A DNA stretch of 64,000 bases, taken from positions 1,876,457 to 1,940,456 of the forward strand of contig OZ316894.1 of assembly GCA_973895155.1 (NCBI GenBank), given 5' to 3'. Below are positions 61,480 to 64,000 of this stretch, piece by piece. The notes beneath the pieces were generated by a model. The model searched no databases. It was not told the origin of the DNA and was given only the letters and a program-made list of their open reading frames with translations. The DNA comes from Marsupella aquatica (Eukaryota > Plantae > Marchantiophyta). How positions within the stretch are numbered: the stretch's first letter is position 1; the number at the start of each line of letters is the position of its first letter. Made by a program: the position numbers and the translations under genes.

Positions 61480-64000
61480 GGCTTCGATTGAGGTTCTTCT
61501 CTCAACGGCTTCTTATTTACGCTCTCTCTGTAATGAATGGACTTTATCTTCTCCATCATTTTGTCCTTGCGACCATTTGCCTCCTCTCGAATGCTTTGTC
61601 CGTCTGGATGAAATCCACGGATCTCCTCCCGTCTGGTCAAGCCATTTTCTGCGGAAATGCCGTTTCTCTGGAAGTATCATAAAAACTATTGAGGTTTTAA
61701 TCGGTGCCCATAACCTAGATCTCCAGTCACTCTCTGGAGTGGCACTTCCATATCTTGACTGAATTATACGCTCTATTCTACTAAAATCTTTTGCTGGTAA
61801 CAACTCTGTAAACGTTATAAGCATTGTCAACCATGGAAATGAACTTCGATATATTAGTTCACTAAACTCTTCCGAAAAGTTATTTCAATGAAAAGGCCAT
61901 GCAAAGACCTGGCCTTGTAATATCTGGAAAATAATGTGTATTTTACATGTTCACCTCATGATTAGCTAGGCATTTGACTCCTGTCTTGTCGAGTCATCTT
62001 CTGTGGATGAAGAAAATGCCATTTTGTTCGTACTTTAGGGGTCCGCACTCTTCCCTGGACTAGCAACTGCAAGATCTCATTATCAAAGAACGAATTGAGT
62101 ATGCAAGTCTATGAAAATTCTGGTTTTCATGCGTGACTAATGAGCTGTGAAATACTCAGTGAATCATCTATGGCGTCTGCTAGTATTTATTATTTTTCTA
62201 AGTAGTTCGTGTATATATGTTGTTTGTTTTTTAGAATTTCCTTTTCATCGTTGGAGTTGCATTGAGCTCGTAACCAATAAGCTTGTTGTATAAGTTTAAC
62301 GATGATTGCTTTTCTATGGCAATTTTAAGTAAACAATTAGCTTTGTCGATCTCACTACCTGAACAAAGTGTACATTGGTATTATCTTTCGAGCAGATCGT
62401 TTTTCAACCTCAGTGCTCTCCCTTTCTCCTTAATCTCTGAAGACAGATCTTCTAGCAGTCGTCAGAGGGAAGCCCTGCTGACACGTTTATCTTTGGTTGT
62501 TCTTGAAGGAGGCTCGTTGTTCTGGGCAATATGTAGATTCGCTGGTGACAAGGAAAGCAGTGGTCGTTCTTGGATTAGCCCGACAAGGACAGTTTAAGCT
62601 AGCAGTGCATTAATGGCAACTCCAGCAGATCTACGTCGCGTTGAAGGTGTGGACGTTTAAGAAATGTTTGTTTCACCAGTATCGTCAGAGATTGAGGCTT
62701 CATCTGCAACAATGAGGCCCTGCTAACACGATTCATCTACATTCTTCCCCTGAATTGCATAGGCACACATCATAAGGATATCGACGCTATCATTTACTGA
62801 AGGACAAAAAAGTCCCGTTTCTCTTAATCTTTAGAAAGCAACAACGCTGTTTCTCATCAAAAAGATTTTGATGTTTATTTCTGGATGAAGGTCGTTATAT
62901 TACCTTGTGGTGGTTGAAAATTCTAATTCATGTGCACAGCTCTTGCGAGCAAATAAATTGTTGTCTCGTCTTGATATCGGACTTTACTGATGTACAGATT
63001 AAGTGTTTATACTGCCAGAGGGCAGATTTGTGGGGTTTGTTGCGAAGGCCATCACTTGCAATGTTGAGTAGAATTATCAGCCCCAGAACACCGTCTGGTT
63101 AATGTTAATCACATGCCCTTGGCGTGTGCCTTATCGCTCTGAAAAAGATTTTCAACTTTGTCACTGATGCCAGTGTCTGGAAAAACTATTCCCTGATGCA
63201 TGTCGTACTAGTTCAGCTATAACGTTTCCCTTAGATCCTGTCTGGAAGGCTTGGATTATACTATGGATAATATAAGCAACAAATGAATAAGTAGGCACCA
63301 AATGGAGATCTTCTGCAAGATGAGCCTGAAACTCGGGCATCCACGGCAATTCCTGACCAATTTTGGTGCTTTACAATTCACCGCAAGCAGTTATAGTGCT
63401 CAGAAAAGTTTCTCAACACAAAGTCGAGACTTCCGGCAGAAACAACTCACGGTCCGTATGAAGCATCACTAATACTACTGCACGTTAACACCCTGGGGCG
63501 AAATTTATTGGTTTCTCCACAGTTGTCGAGGTTAAGATATAGGATGTGGAACCCGTTGTAGGTCTGATAAAAATGAGGCAGATCTAGCAATTCCAAGAAC
63601 CATACGCCTCCAGCTGTTGCGGTACCATTTTTTTTGTGTCTGGACAGTAGTTCTCTTTTCCGCATCAGAATTAGGTGTAGAACTGAGTCATTCGCCAACT
63701 TAGTTATTCCGAAATCCCAAACCCGCACCAATTACATATGGAGGAAGCAACACTGGGCAGATTTCTAGGAGATAACTACTTTGCAATTCACGTGTTTTGG
63801 CCTCACTTAGCTCGTTTAATGTGAAGGTAGGTTCAGGGCGAGTCTGTCTTCGGATGCTACCCTTTGCTTGTCATTTGTAGCAGATCGTCTCTTCTTCAAG
63901 GTCTTCACAATTGGAAGAAGCGTGGTTCGCATTGTAACAACCCGCGCGTCTCTGTATTAAAGCCAGTGAGAGGATGTCTTGAACTCAACACTTCAGGCTC

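Noticed and set aside
62280-64000. Coding-looking minus-strand sequence, including a faint zinc-knuckle-like stretch near 63840-63940
   Set aside because: Stops occur in all frames and no family could be recognised with confidence.

Overview
Repeat-rich eukaryotic nuclear DNA from a land plant. A non-seed plant such as a liverwort is my inference from the gene and TE types, not something proven. Host genes are two tandem-duplicated 3-exon CYP71-clan P450s (6972-9731 and 20057-22858), a type III polyketide synthase exon-1 pseudogene between them (~13636-13860), a multi-exon CYP85-clan (CYP707-like) P450 on the minus strand (~42400-46091), a degenerate NIF/FCP1-type phosphatase remnant (~26650-27120) and complex I subunit NDUFB7 (61216-61479). 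Mobile DNA comprises a Ty1/copia element running off the left edge, an L1-type LINE (~27650-40830), a CRE-like RT/RLE non-LTR element (~48880-53540), MITE-like pieces and many tandem repeats. The standout is a 6958-bp cut-and-paste DNA transposon (29040-35997) with ~31-bp TIRs and a TGTT target-site duplication, inserted in LINE ORF2. It carries two divergently transcribed genes: a Sola-like DDD transposase, and an intact, spliced ~955-aa ParB-like + beta-class amino (N6-adenine/N4-cytosine) DNA methyltransferase of prokaryotic type. The element is also strewn with a TCATGAATTCATGA palindrome. All assignments come from motif recognition by eye; no database searches were run.
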